Source of the DNA: an uncultured bacterium
GTDB taxonomy: Bacteria; Patescibacteriota; Patescibacteriia; Patescibacteriales; UBA12465
Direction: 5' to 3'
Length of the DNA: 64,000 nucleotides
NCBI GenBank assembly: GCA_903945435.1
Contig: CAJAVM010000025.1
Coordinates: forward strand, 705 to 64,704
In this document: positions 54,993-63,981 of the stretch, one piece after another
Layout of the letters: each line of letters starts with the position of its first letter
How positions within the stretch are numbered: the stretch's first letter is position 1
Notes under the pieces: generated by a model
Databases searched by the model: none
Told to the model about the DNA's origin: nothing
Seen by the model: only the letters and a program-made list of their open reading frames with translations
Translations under genes and position numbers: made by a program

Positions 54993-56738
54993 TTATTTCT
55001 TTCTTACATTTACGGAATTCTCTCTAGCCTGATTGATTTGTTGTCTTACTTCCGCTTCTACATTATTTTCTTGAGCTATTTTTAAAATATTTTTCTCTAA
55101 ATCTTTTTTATAAGTCTCAACCTTTTGGCTAGCATATTCTATACCGAATCTTGTTATCCCAGTTGGGCCAAATAATTGACCAAGCATGACCGTAAAGGCG
55201 TCTTTAGGTATAAATCTTGGTTTCCAAACTATTCTTTCCTCAAAAGTTGTATTTTTATCATAAAATGCAATACCTAAAGCACTATTATAATATAACGTTC
55301 TTTGTACTGAATCTGGATGAAACCACCCCATTTGATCAGCAGCCTGAACTATTTTTCCAGAAATATTTTTAGGTGGGTATAAATCTGGCGTAAACTCATT
55401 ACTTTGAAAATCATGACAAAGTATGGCATCTTCTATAAATGGCATAAGACTATTCAGCCCCAATTTATCACAAAATATTTTTGCCCTTTCAGCGCTAAGT
55501 ATATGATGAAATTTCTGCTCCTCGGCAATAACTCCGCCCTGTTCATTAAATCTTCCGGAATCATGAAAAATTGCAGCAATTTCAACTATTAATTTTACAG
55601 ACTCCATAGCATTTTTCTCATCAACTTGCATCCCCTCTCTTAAGAGTTCTTTGTTTTCAACGCTATTTAAATTATTTATTAATTTTAGACATGCTAATCT
55701 AACTTGGTTTCCATGAATAAATCCATGATGATTATCATTCAAAAAGACTTTTAACCAGTCTTTATTGCCAAAACATTTTAACAATATATTTTTAAATTCA
55801 TTCTCTCTATTCTCAATATCAAACAATAAATTTTGAGCATTCTTTTTTTTAATAGAAAAATTATATATTCCCACGCCCACCAAGGCAAAGAAGGCTCCAA
55901 CTAAAAATAAAACTGATAATTTTTCCGATAAAAAATAATAAGCCCACACAAAAGTTGCAAACGGTTGAATATACAAAACCATTGAGGCCATAACAGGAGT
56001 AGATTTTTTTACGATAATTTGGCTTATAAGATAATAAACAGCCGTACTAAAAATAGCTACAAATACTAGGGCGGCGTATGCGTTTATTGAAACGCCGTAC
56101 CACCAAGTCGGTTCTCTCAAGAAATCAAAAATTGAAAGAAAAAATAATAAAATAGTGGTGGTAAAAATAAAATAATTGTTAATTTCTAAAGATGAATACT
56201 GGGAGTGAAATTGTTTTGATAATACCCAATATAAAGAAATCGACAACATGGCACAAACAATGATTAAATTACCACCGATAGTACTTCCTCCATTATTATT
56301 GGAAATCAGGGGTAATAAGACAACTATTATCGTCCCCACAAAACCAACTACTATGCCAATAATTTTATTGACCCCGAACCGTTCTTTTAAATAATAAAAA
56401 GACAACAAAGCGGAAACTATGGGCACGGCGGTATAAATCATTTGGCTGATGTTGGCCGTTGTATACTTTATGCCATATGCAAATAACACAACATTGGCCG
56501 AAGCTAATAGAGATAAGAAAATGATTTTATAATCTTTTCGTTTAAAGGTTGGTAAGCATTTCAAAGAGAACGGAAGTAAAACAACAGAAGCAATGAAAAA
56601 CCTTAAAAAAGTAAAACTAAAAGACGGAATTTCTTTTAAAGCTATTTTACCAAAAACACCAGCGCCTCCACCAAGAATGGCCGCAAATATTATTAAAAAA
56701 AATATTAATAATTTATTTGAGTGTGCTTTATTATTCAT
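54993..56738 (-). CDS. Fusion protein with an N-terminal EamA/DMT 10-TM transporter and a C-terminal HD-domain phosphohydrolase.
   Basis: Residues ~1-295 carry two EamA-like halves. Residues ~330-581 contain HGFIHGNQV ... AAIFHDSGR ... ILCHDF, an H..HD..D pattern. Confidence 0.65.
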   Translation of the reverse strand: MNNKAHSNKLLIFFLIIFAAILGGGAGVFGKIALKEIPSFSFTFLRFFIASVVLLPFSLKCLPTFKRKDYKIIFLSLLASANVVLFAYGIKYTTANISQMIYTAVPIVSALLSFYYLKERFGVNKIIGIVVGFVGTIIVVLLPLISNNNGGSTIGGNLIIVCAMLSISLYWVLSKQFHSQYSSLEINNYFIFTTTILLFFLSIFDFLREPTWWYGVSINAYAALVFVAIFSTAVYYLISQIIVKKSTPVMASMVLYIQPFATFVWAYYFLSEKLSVLFLVGAFFALVGVGIYNFSIKKKNAQNLLFDIENRENEFKNILLKCFGNKDWLKVFLNDNHHGFIHGNQVRLACLKLINNLNSVENKELLREGMQVDEKNAMESVKLIVEIAAIFHDSGRFNEQGGVIAEEQKFHHILSAERAKIFCDKLGLNSLMPFIEDAILCHDFQSNEFTPDLYPPKNISGKIVQAADQMGWFHPDSVQRTLYYNSALGIAFYDKNTTFEERIVWKPRFIPKDAFTVMLGQLFGPTGITRFGIEYASQKVETYKKDLEKNILKIAQENNVEAEVRQQINQARENSVNVRKK

Positions 56739-56764
56739 ATATTCAAAATGTATCAGAGATAGAG

Positions 56765-57856
56765 TTATGATGCTCTTTTTAAAATCCTAACTATTCCATT
56801 ATTAGCGTCTACTTCGACTAGGTCCCCATCTTTAATAACTTTGCTAGCATTTTCCGTTGCTAAAATACATGGCTTTTTTAGTTCTCTAGCAACAATGGCC
56901 GCATGTGATAATAATCCCCCCGCGTCAGTTACAAAGGCAGAAGCTTTTTTCATTAAAGGCAAAAATTCTGGCCTAGTCATTCCGGTTATTAAAACATCGC
57001 CCTTATCAAATTTTTTTACTTTAAAGGGATTAAAAATTATTCTAGCCGTCCCCTTTGCCAAACCCCTATATGCAATAGACCCTTTTAACTCATTACCAGT
57101 AAAGCTTGCGAGGCCTTTTTGCAAATCCTTATAGGAAGAACCGACGAGTAATTCTACAGTTTTCTGCTGGCAAAAAAATGCGACACCATTTGAGCGACCA
57201 ACAAGTTCCTTCTTGGATGGTAATTTATGATTTTTTAAATATTGTTCAATTTCATCTATTGTTAAAAAATCTACCAAATCTTTGGCATGCCCCGTTTCTT
57301 GAGCAATTAATTTTGTATACTTTCTCAAGGCTAAATCTACAGCATTAAATAAATGTTCCGTTTTTAGTCTAGCAGCAATAAGCCCTGGAGTTAATTTTTT
57401 TTGTAATTTTTCCGGCAAGTAATCTACTACTTTTTTCATTGAGAAGTGTGGAGGAATATGTAAATAAAAAGCGGACTTCAGCTCTAATAAGTTAGACAAT
57501 GTAAGATTGTTTTTATTTTTTAACTTCGCCATCACTTCAAATAAATGTTCGGCCGTAGCAATAGTATCTTTCGCCCATTTTTTAGCTAATGCATTATCTT
57601 TAATGATTAACCCCGCCGTATAAGTACAATATTTATCTAACACTTTCTTAGCTATATAATTTGAACTAACTTTTTGTTCACAAACAAGCAAATTGGTATC
57701 TAAATTTTTACCTATATAAGATTTTAAGCCTTGAGTATAGGTATAATATAAAGTCGCAAAAGCTATCCGCCAATTTCCCGACCAATTTTTAACCCATTTT
57801 TCTGATTTAATTTGAGAAAGGTGTGATATTTTATTCATATAAGTTTGCACAGACAA
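56765..57856 (-). CDS. Protein with a PEP-utilizing-enzyme mobile (swivel phosphohistidine) domain.
   Basis: The C-terminus GDVLITGMTRPEFLPLMKKASAFVTDAGGLLSHAAIVARELKKPC matches the swivel domain. No ATP-grasp or PEP-binding TIM domain is evident. Confidence 0.6.
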   Translation of the reverse strand: MSVQTYMNKISHLSQIKSEKWVKNWSGNWRIAFATLYYTYTQGLKSYIGKNLDTNLLVCEQKVSSNYIAKKVLDKYCTYTAGLIIKDNALAKKWAKDTIATAEHLFEVMAKLKNKNNLTLSNLLELKSAFYLHIPPHFSMKKVVDYLPEKLQKKLTPGLIAARLKTEHLFNAVDLALRKYTKLIAQETGHAKDLVDFLTIDEIEQYLKNHKLPSKKELVGRSNGVAFFCQQKTVELLVGSSYKDLQKGLASFTGNELKGSIAYRGLAKGTARIIFNPFKVKKFDKGDVLITGMTRPEFLPLMKKASAFVTDAGGLLSHAAIVARELKKPCILATENASKVIKDGDLVEVDANNGIVRILKRAS

Positions 57857-57878
57857 TGCGGCACATTTATAAATCTGA

Positions 57879-58352
57879 TTAAGAGTTATTTATTTTAGTA
57901 GCGAAATCATTTATCACATCCGACATTTTATCTTGAGCGACTTCTTTAGTTAATAAACTAAAAGAGGCTATCGGTTTTTTATTCAATAATTGGGCCATTT
58001 GTATAAAAGCCTTTTCAGCACCAGAGCCACCTTGAGTACAGAAAAAAGCAACTTTGTTTATTTTATCCTTTTGTTCAGTTAGTAAAGTTCTCACTGGAGT
58101 AGACATCGTCCAGGCCCAAACAGGAGTGCCAATAATTACTAATTCGTATTCATTTATATTGTGGATTAGCGGTTTTAATGTTGTTAATTTTTTAAAAGTG
58201 GCATCTCGTCCAGACAATAAATAGCCACTAGCGCCTGAGCGATTAACAGTATCATAAATCTCTTCTGTATCGGCATTAAAAATAACAGCCAATTTGTCGG
58301 CTACTTTTTTAGTCATGCCAGTACGAGAATAAAACAAGATTAAAGTTTTCAT
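57879..58352 (-). CDS. Flavodoxin-family protein.
   Basis: MKTLILFYSRTGMTKKVA FMN-loop start. Length 157 aa. Confidence 0.65.
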   Translation of the reverse strand: MKTLILFYSRTGMTKKVADKLAVIFNADTEEIYDTVNRSGASGYLLSGRDATFKKLTTLKPLIHNINEYELVIIGTPVWAWTMSTPVRTLLTEQKDKINKVAFFCTQGGSGAEKAFIQMAQLLNKKPIASFSLLTKEVAQDKMSDVINDFATKINNS

Positions 58353-58360
58353 ATTTATAA

Positions 58361-58849
58361 TTATTTTATATAGCTATCAAAATATATAAAGTGACAAGTG
58401 TAGCCACCTGGATTTTTTTGTAAATAATCTTGATGGTAGTCTTCCGCTGGATAAAACTGTTGAAATGGCTCCACCGTGGTAACTACGGGGCTTTTCCATC
58501 TTTTTGATTTATTTACAATTTCGATAAAATTTTTAGCCTCTACTTCTTCTTCTTTACTACCAACAAAAATTGCCGACCGATAAGAAGAGCCAACATCATT
58601 ACCTTGTTGATTTAAAGTTGTTGGATTATGAATTTGAAAGAAAAAATCTAACAACTTTTTATAAGAAGTTTTTTCGGAATCATATTCTATTTCCACCGCC
58701 TCAGCGTGACCCTCATGATTTTCATAAGTTGGATTTTGAATATCTCCTCCAGTATAACCAACTCTAGTACTCAGCACGCCTGGCTGTTTTCGAATGAGCT
58801 CCTCCATTCCCCAAAAGCACCCGCCAGCCAATACGATTTTGTTGGCCAT
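58361..58849 (-). CDS. msrA: Peptide-methionine (S)-S-oxide reductase.
   Basis: [10 protein letters not shown] active site and YHQDYL. Confidence 0.9.
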   Translation of the reverse strand: MANKIVLAGGCFWGMEELIRKQPGVLSTRVGYTGGDIQNPTYENHEGHAEAVEIEYDSEKTSYKKLLDFFFQIHNPTTLNQQGNDVGSSYRSAIFVGSKEEEVEAKNFIEIVNKSKRWKSPVVTTVEPFQQFYPAEDYHQDYLQKNPGGYTCHFIYFDSYIK

Positions 58850-58855
58850 ATATTT

Positions 58856-59485
58856 TTATTTTATTTCGACTAATACCTCATTTCTAGTCATCCACGGTGG
58901 AGTAAACGGTGCATTATAGCCAGCGTAGGCAATATCTCCTTCCGCTATAAATCCATCATTTGTAAGAGCTGATATTAATTTTTCTTGCATACGTTTAATC
59001 CGGGCGTCAGAGCGATACCACGAGAACCTCATAGCTCCATATTTCTTAGCCGGAATAGTTATGATTTTGACTCTGGAGTCATCCGGAATTGGTAGGGTTT
59101 CGAGCGTATATGAACGAGGCATTCCAAAAGATATTAACTGTGAATCACCCTCAGCTGTTGATAGTACCGGGGTTGTCATAGCGATAGTTTCCGATTTAGC
59201 AACTACAGGGGTGGTCATAGCAATCGTCTCTTTTGTTTTGTTTTTTCCAAAAATATATCCAGCCACTATTCTGAAACCATTGTTCATAGATTCTCCGTAA
59301 GGGCCCTGCACTCTAGTTTGAGCAACAATATGCGCTGGATATTCTCGTATTTCATAACCATGCATTTTTTTTACTACAGAATAATTTGCCTGCTCAACAT
59401 TAGAACCAAAAAATCCCCAAACTGACCAGAGCAAGGCGAGAACCATAATAACAACTATTACGTAAATCATATTAGTAAGACGCAT
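58856..59485 (-). CDS. SOUL heme-binding family protein, membrane-anchored.
   Basis: YSVVKKMHGYEIREYP and the duplicated IAMTTPV motif typical of SOUL/HBP. There is an N-terminal TM segment. Confidence 0.7.
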   Translation of the reverse strand: MRLTNMIYVIVVIMVLALLWSVWGFFGSNVEQANYSVVKKMHGYEIREYPAHIVAQTRVQGPYGESMNNGFRIVAGYIFGKNKTKETIAMTTPVVAKSETIAMTTPVLSTAEGDSQLISFGMPRSYTLETLPIPDDSRVKIITIPAKKYGAMRFSWYRSDARIKRMQEKLISALTNDGFIAEGDIAYAGYNAPFTPPWMTRNEVLVEIK

Positions 59486-59529
59486 ACATAGTTACGTCAT
59501 AAAGCATAAATTAATCTTACTCTTTTCGT

Positions 59530-59571
59530 TTATATAACAAAAATAGCACAAAAAGTGCTATTTTGTAAATC
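59530..59571 (-). promoter_or_regulatory. 42-bp conserved palindrome-containing element, copy 2, heading the 59485->53830 operon.
   Basis: ttatataacaaaaatagcaCaaaaagtgctattttgtaaatc carries a perfect 9-bp inverted repeat AAATAGCAC/GTGCTATTT. Confidence 0.6.
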
Positions 59572-59635
59572 TGTTAAGATTGACATCGCCATTAGAATAC
59601 CGGCTTCTCAACTCATTAAACTACTAGCCTTTTAT

Positions 59636-60511
59636 TTAATTTACAACTAACAAGAAAACGCCACCAAGAATAACAATAGTCGCAAGAATTTTTTTCACAA
59701 TATCTTTTTCACCAAAAAATCTTTCCCCAACAAAGACGTTAAATAAGGATGATAATCGATAAACGGCTATTATCAAACCGATGCTACCAGCAATTTTAAC
59801 TGCGGAAACATATAAATAACGATGAGCAACTGTAAGCAAAGAGATAAGCACAATTATTTTCCAGAACTTAAGAATGCTTGTTTTTAATTCTGGAAATAAA
59901 TTAGGTTTAACATTAACAAAAATTAAATAATTAAAAGCGACAAAGATTTGAATAATCGCTAAATAAGCCAAGGAATTCACCCCTAAGCCAGAGAGCATGG
60001 CCCTATCGAATACCGCGCCTAATCCGCCAAGCACAAGACAAAGACCAATATAAAGAACGTATCTTTTTCTTCCCTTTCTGAATATGCCACTACTAGTTTT
60101 AAAATTTTGAAATTCTAAAAACATAATACCAGCAACCATCAAAAATAATCCGGCAATTTGAAAAATATTCAATTTTTCTCCTAAAATAAAAAACGCTAAC
60201 AAAGAAACAACTAGTGGCAAGAGTGCTAAAATTGGAGCGACTTCACTAATTGCACTATGTTTTATAGCTTTAAAAATCAGCAATGAAGTAACGGTTGATA
60301 ATAAAGAGATAGCATAGATTAGCCCTAATATAGACCAACTTATTTGTGATAAATCAGCAAAGAAAATAAATGGAGCTAGAACAATAGCGTTACCGAAGGC
60401 AAACATAGCCGCAAAATTGAAAGTACGAGCTTCGCTTAAAGTTCTTTTTTCTAAAATTGTTTCAAAAACAATAAAAAAAACCGCAGTAATAACTAATAGG
60501 AACCAAATCAT
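59636..60511 (-). CDS. EamA-family (DMT) transporter.
   Basis: 10 TM segments in two EamA-like halves. Length 291 aa. Confidence 0.7.
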   Translation of the reverse strand: MIWFLLVITAVFFIVFETILEKRTLSEARTFNFAAMFAFGNAIVLAPFIFFADLSQISWSILGLIYAISLLSTVTSLLIFKAIKHSAISEVAPILALLPLVVSLLAFFILGEKLNIFQIAGLFLMVAGIMFLEFQNFKTSSGIFRKGRKRYVLYIGLCLVLGGLGAVFDRAMLSGLGVNSLAYLAIIQIFVAFNYLIFVNVKPNLFPELKTSILKFWKIIVLISLLTVAHRYLYVSAVKIAGSIGLIIAVYRLSSLFNVFVGERFFGEKDIVKKILATIVILGGVFLLVVN

Positions 60512-60649
60512 AAAATTATTTTAATATTTTTACTTGTTTAATAAAAGATTTAAATGTATACAATCCATTAAAAATATAAACCATACTAGCATCTTAACAA
60601 ATTAATCACAGAAGATACTTTAGTTTTAACAACATTTAACCTAAGTAAC

Positions 60650-60680
60650 ATAAAAGACCTTTAAAAATAGGTCTTTTATC
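60650..60680 (-). terminator. Hairpin terminator downstream of the beta-helix surface protein gene.
   Basis: AAAGACCT-ttaaaaat-AGGTCTTT at 60653-60676, with T-rich flanks. Confidence 0.55.
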
Positions 60681-60697
60681 TGTATTTTATAACCAGA

Positions 60698-63600
60698 CTA
60701 ATTGATTTCGGCAACTTCTATTTGCCTAATATTTTCGTTAGAAATGCCCAGCGCCAAATCACGCATCATTTGATAGGCATTATCTGGATGACCAAGGTAA
60801 TAGAGTTTTAAGTCGACTGGATTAACATAATAAGCCTCCCCGTTTCTTTCGACTGCTAAGAAAATGCGACCCGATAAATTATTTGGAGCTTTAGTAGCTA
60901 AAAACTTATCAAGATTATCATTACTGATTCCTAAACCAAATTTACGCATTAAATTAAAAGCATCACCAGCGCGCCCCATAAAATACTTTTGTTTAGACAA
61001 TGGCTCTAAATACCAGGCTTGACCTTTTTCTTCTATTTGAAGAAGGATACGGCCATTAAGACGGTTGGTTAATTTGACATTAATATTTTTAATTAGAGAT
61101 CTTTCTCCGTCCGTCACTTCTTTCATATTTAAGGCGTCTAACAATACAGTTCCTTTTATATCTACGTCTTCCAGAGATTTAATAGCAATCTCCGCTCTAT
61201 TAATATATATATCCGTAAAAGTGACTCTGATATCATTTATACCATCATTATCGAGGTCGATTCTTCTGTTTTCTCCTATTTTTAAAGACAATGTTTGAGG
61301 TTCGGAATGAAAATTTAGCGTAATGATTTTAGAAAATAAATCTAAATTAACTATCTGAAAATGATGTTCATTTAAATGCCAATGATTTGAACTTTCTGGA
61401 GCTTTAAATCCAGCTTGAGAATTTATATAAGCTAGTATATTAACCCCGCTACTACTGATTGGCATTATATCAATAGAGCTATTCATCGGAATCACAGCAT
61501 CAAAGACGCCATCACCAATGGCTGCTGGTAAAGAAACGGCGTTATTAGAATAATTATTCTCTTCATTAATAGCAAAATTTGCTATAAAATTTAAATTTGT
61601 AACAACATTATTGTCTACTCTATTAACAGACGTAGCCCCGTCAGACCACCCAATAAAATGATAATTATCGTCAGGGATTGCTGTTACTTCCGAGCCACTA
61701 CCGCCACTAGCAATTACTTGAGTTGACGAGCCCGTAATAGAACCAAATGAGTTAGCACTATATTCTAATGTATAATAAATAATCGGAGCCATTGGGGTCA
61801 CGCTATTAGATGCGGTTGATGAAGTTGAGGTTCCTACAGCATTTGTCGCAGTTACGGTAAATGTATATGACGTACCATTTGTTAATCCTGTTATTAAATG
61901 GGACAATCCTGTTTCTCCGGCATTAATATCAACCCCACCTGATGGCATTGAGGTAACGGTATAACCAGTAATAGAACTTCCCCCCATCTGATGATGGCGC
62001 GGTAAATGTAACAGTCGCCTGAGTATTACCCGCTGTAGCGGTGCCAATATTGGGGGCGACGGGTTCGCTGGTAATGAAGATTGCACCAATGTAAGAACCA
62101 TTTTCACCAGACACTGCTAAGGATTTATTTATTGGGGTAAAACCAGTTTTAAAATATGATAAAGATGAAGTAGAATTATAACCAGCTGTTAAGGTTTCTC
62201 CAAACACATTTCCATTTCTCTTCATCATTTCAGACACTAAATGATCGGCTGTTCCATTCCCACCAAGAGAAGCATCATAGGTAGTTGCAAGTCTAGTTTT
62301 ATCGAAAAATTGAGGATTACCAGCCTGATCGTGCGCCCCAAACCCAGCATCTCCTTCTATTTTGCCTGTTATCAATATTCCCTGATATTTAGTAAGGGCT
62401 GTTCCTGTATCAGGGTAAAACCAAGTGTTATCAATATGATCAATAGTATCAATAGTAGATCGAGAATCTTTATAAGCGATAGATGTACCGACATATCTTG
62501 CACCAACAAGATTATTTTTGATAATCACAGCGCCGCCAGTATGTTGAGTAGTTTCTCCCGCCCAAACTAAATTAGCGACCGTATCTTTGAGATAACTTGT
62601 ATTATTAATCACATTTACAAAACCCGAATTAGGAGATGGCGCACCACCACCACCTCCACCAGAAACACCTATATTAACCGGTGTACCGTTATTTATAAAA
62701 ATATTATTTAAAATATCAACAGGAACATAATTCAAATTTAGAACATCAGCATCTCCATCTGCCATATCAAAAACATTATTTCTTATAATTGTTTTAGGCA
62801 AATCAGCGGCATAAGCTCCAGTAAACATGATTGCATGAGTATTATAAGGAATGCCAATAAAAAAATTATCATATATTTCAAGACCGCCGCTAGTATCTAA
62901 TAATTGTCCATTTACAGAACCAGCGCTAGCATCGGCATAAAATACATTGTTATATATTTTAAATGATCTCTGGGCTACCGGGACAGACGCTAAATAAAAA
63001 TGATCCAATGAGCTATTTTTAAAAATATTATTTTTTACTTCTCGATTATTTCCAACCGAAGTTACATAAACTTTACCCATGGTTGGCTGAGAAAAAACAT
63101 TTCCGTCGAATAAAAAATTACCCAAAGTACTAAGGACGGATGTTCTGATTGTTAAATTAGCATTATAGCCAGAAAGCGTGGATGTTATATTTCTGAAATC
63201 ACTATTTGTAATTTTTAAATCATTAGCAGAATTAGCATATTGTCCAATATCAATATAGCCCGTTCCATTAAAATAACAGTGGTCAATATTCAAACTTGAA
63301 TAAGCGTTGGAATCCCAAGCATTTTTCATAGAGATAGCCGTATAGCCAGTAATATCAAAATTAACGTATTGCCAATTGACTTGCTGAACTGGTGGAAGAG
63401 TTGGAGCCGCTGCTACTATATTTCCAACACCATGAACCGATGCTCTATTTCCAGCCGTACCATATATATTCCAAACAGCCATAGAATAACCCGAACCACT
63501 CGTACCAAAAACATAATTAGCCGCTGTTACGCTACTACCAGCATTCTGTTCGAAAACTCCTACCCTATCCCAAGTAAAATTGCTAGTAACGGTAAGCGTT

Positions 63601-63886
63601 CTATTTGTATCCAAGATTAAAGTGTCTTTTTTTAAAACTGTTCCGCCAGCACCTAATTTAATACTATTTACTGTGAATTTTGATCAATCGTAATTGTAAC
63701 TGCAGCATCAACCACTATCTGAACATCATCTGACGCTCCAGGTACTACGCCGCCAGTCCAAGTAGAAGTTGCTGACCAATTACCAGATTGAGCGGCAGTA
63801 ATAGTTGCCGCATCAGCTTCTTTAGAAAAGGATAAAAATGAAATAACAAAAATGAAGAAAATAATAAATTGCTTATATTTATTCAT
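60698..63886 (-). pseudogene. Secreted modular surface protein split into three frames by two homopolymer frame disruptions. Domains are a signal peptide, a parallel beta-helix, FN3, a B-repeat, the shared ~124-aa module, and 2x the C-terminal repeat.
   Basis: Three frames join up: 63886..63668 (signal peptide MNKYKQFIIFFIFVISFLSFSKEADA), 63683..61929 (beta-helix with NN[IV]F repeats) and 62107..60698. They make sense across T4 at 63678-63681 and C6 at 61980-61985. The second junction splits a canonical FN3 start, TFTAPSSDGG|SSITGYTVTS. Confidence 0.7.
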
Positions 63887-63916
63887 TCCATTATTAATAA
63901 AAAATAAATCATATAT

Positions 63917-63981
63917 TTCTGCGTGTGGCGCAGATTGTATTTCTGCGTACAATGCATTCCATGTTCTGCGTCCCACGCAGA
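63917..63981. repeat. Three direct TTCTGCGT repeats spaced 23-24 bp apart, two of them palindromic, upstream of the beta-helix gene.
   Basis: TTCTGCGT occurs at 63917, 63941 and 63964. The palindromes are TCTGCG-tgtgg-CGCAGA (63918-63934) and TCTGCGT-ccc-ACGCAGA (63965-63981). The segment is GC-rich against an AT-rich background. Confidence 0.7.

Noticed and set aside
59176-59235. Internal direct repeat ETIAMTTPV x2 in the SOUL protein gene.
   Set aside because: The duplicated IAMTxPV motif is a normal feature of SOUL/HBP family proteins, not a novel repeat.
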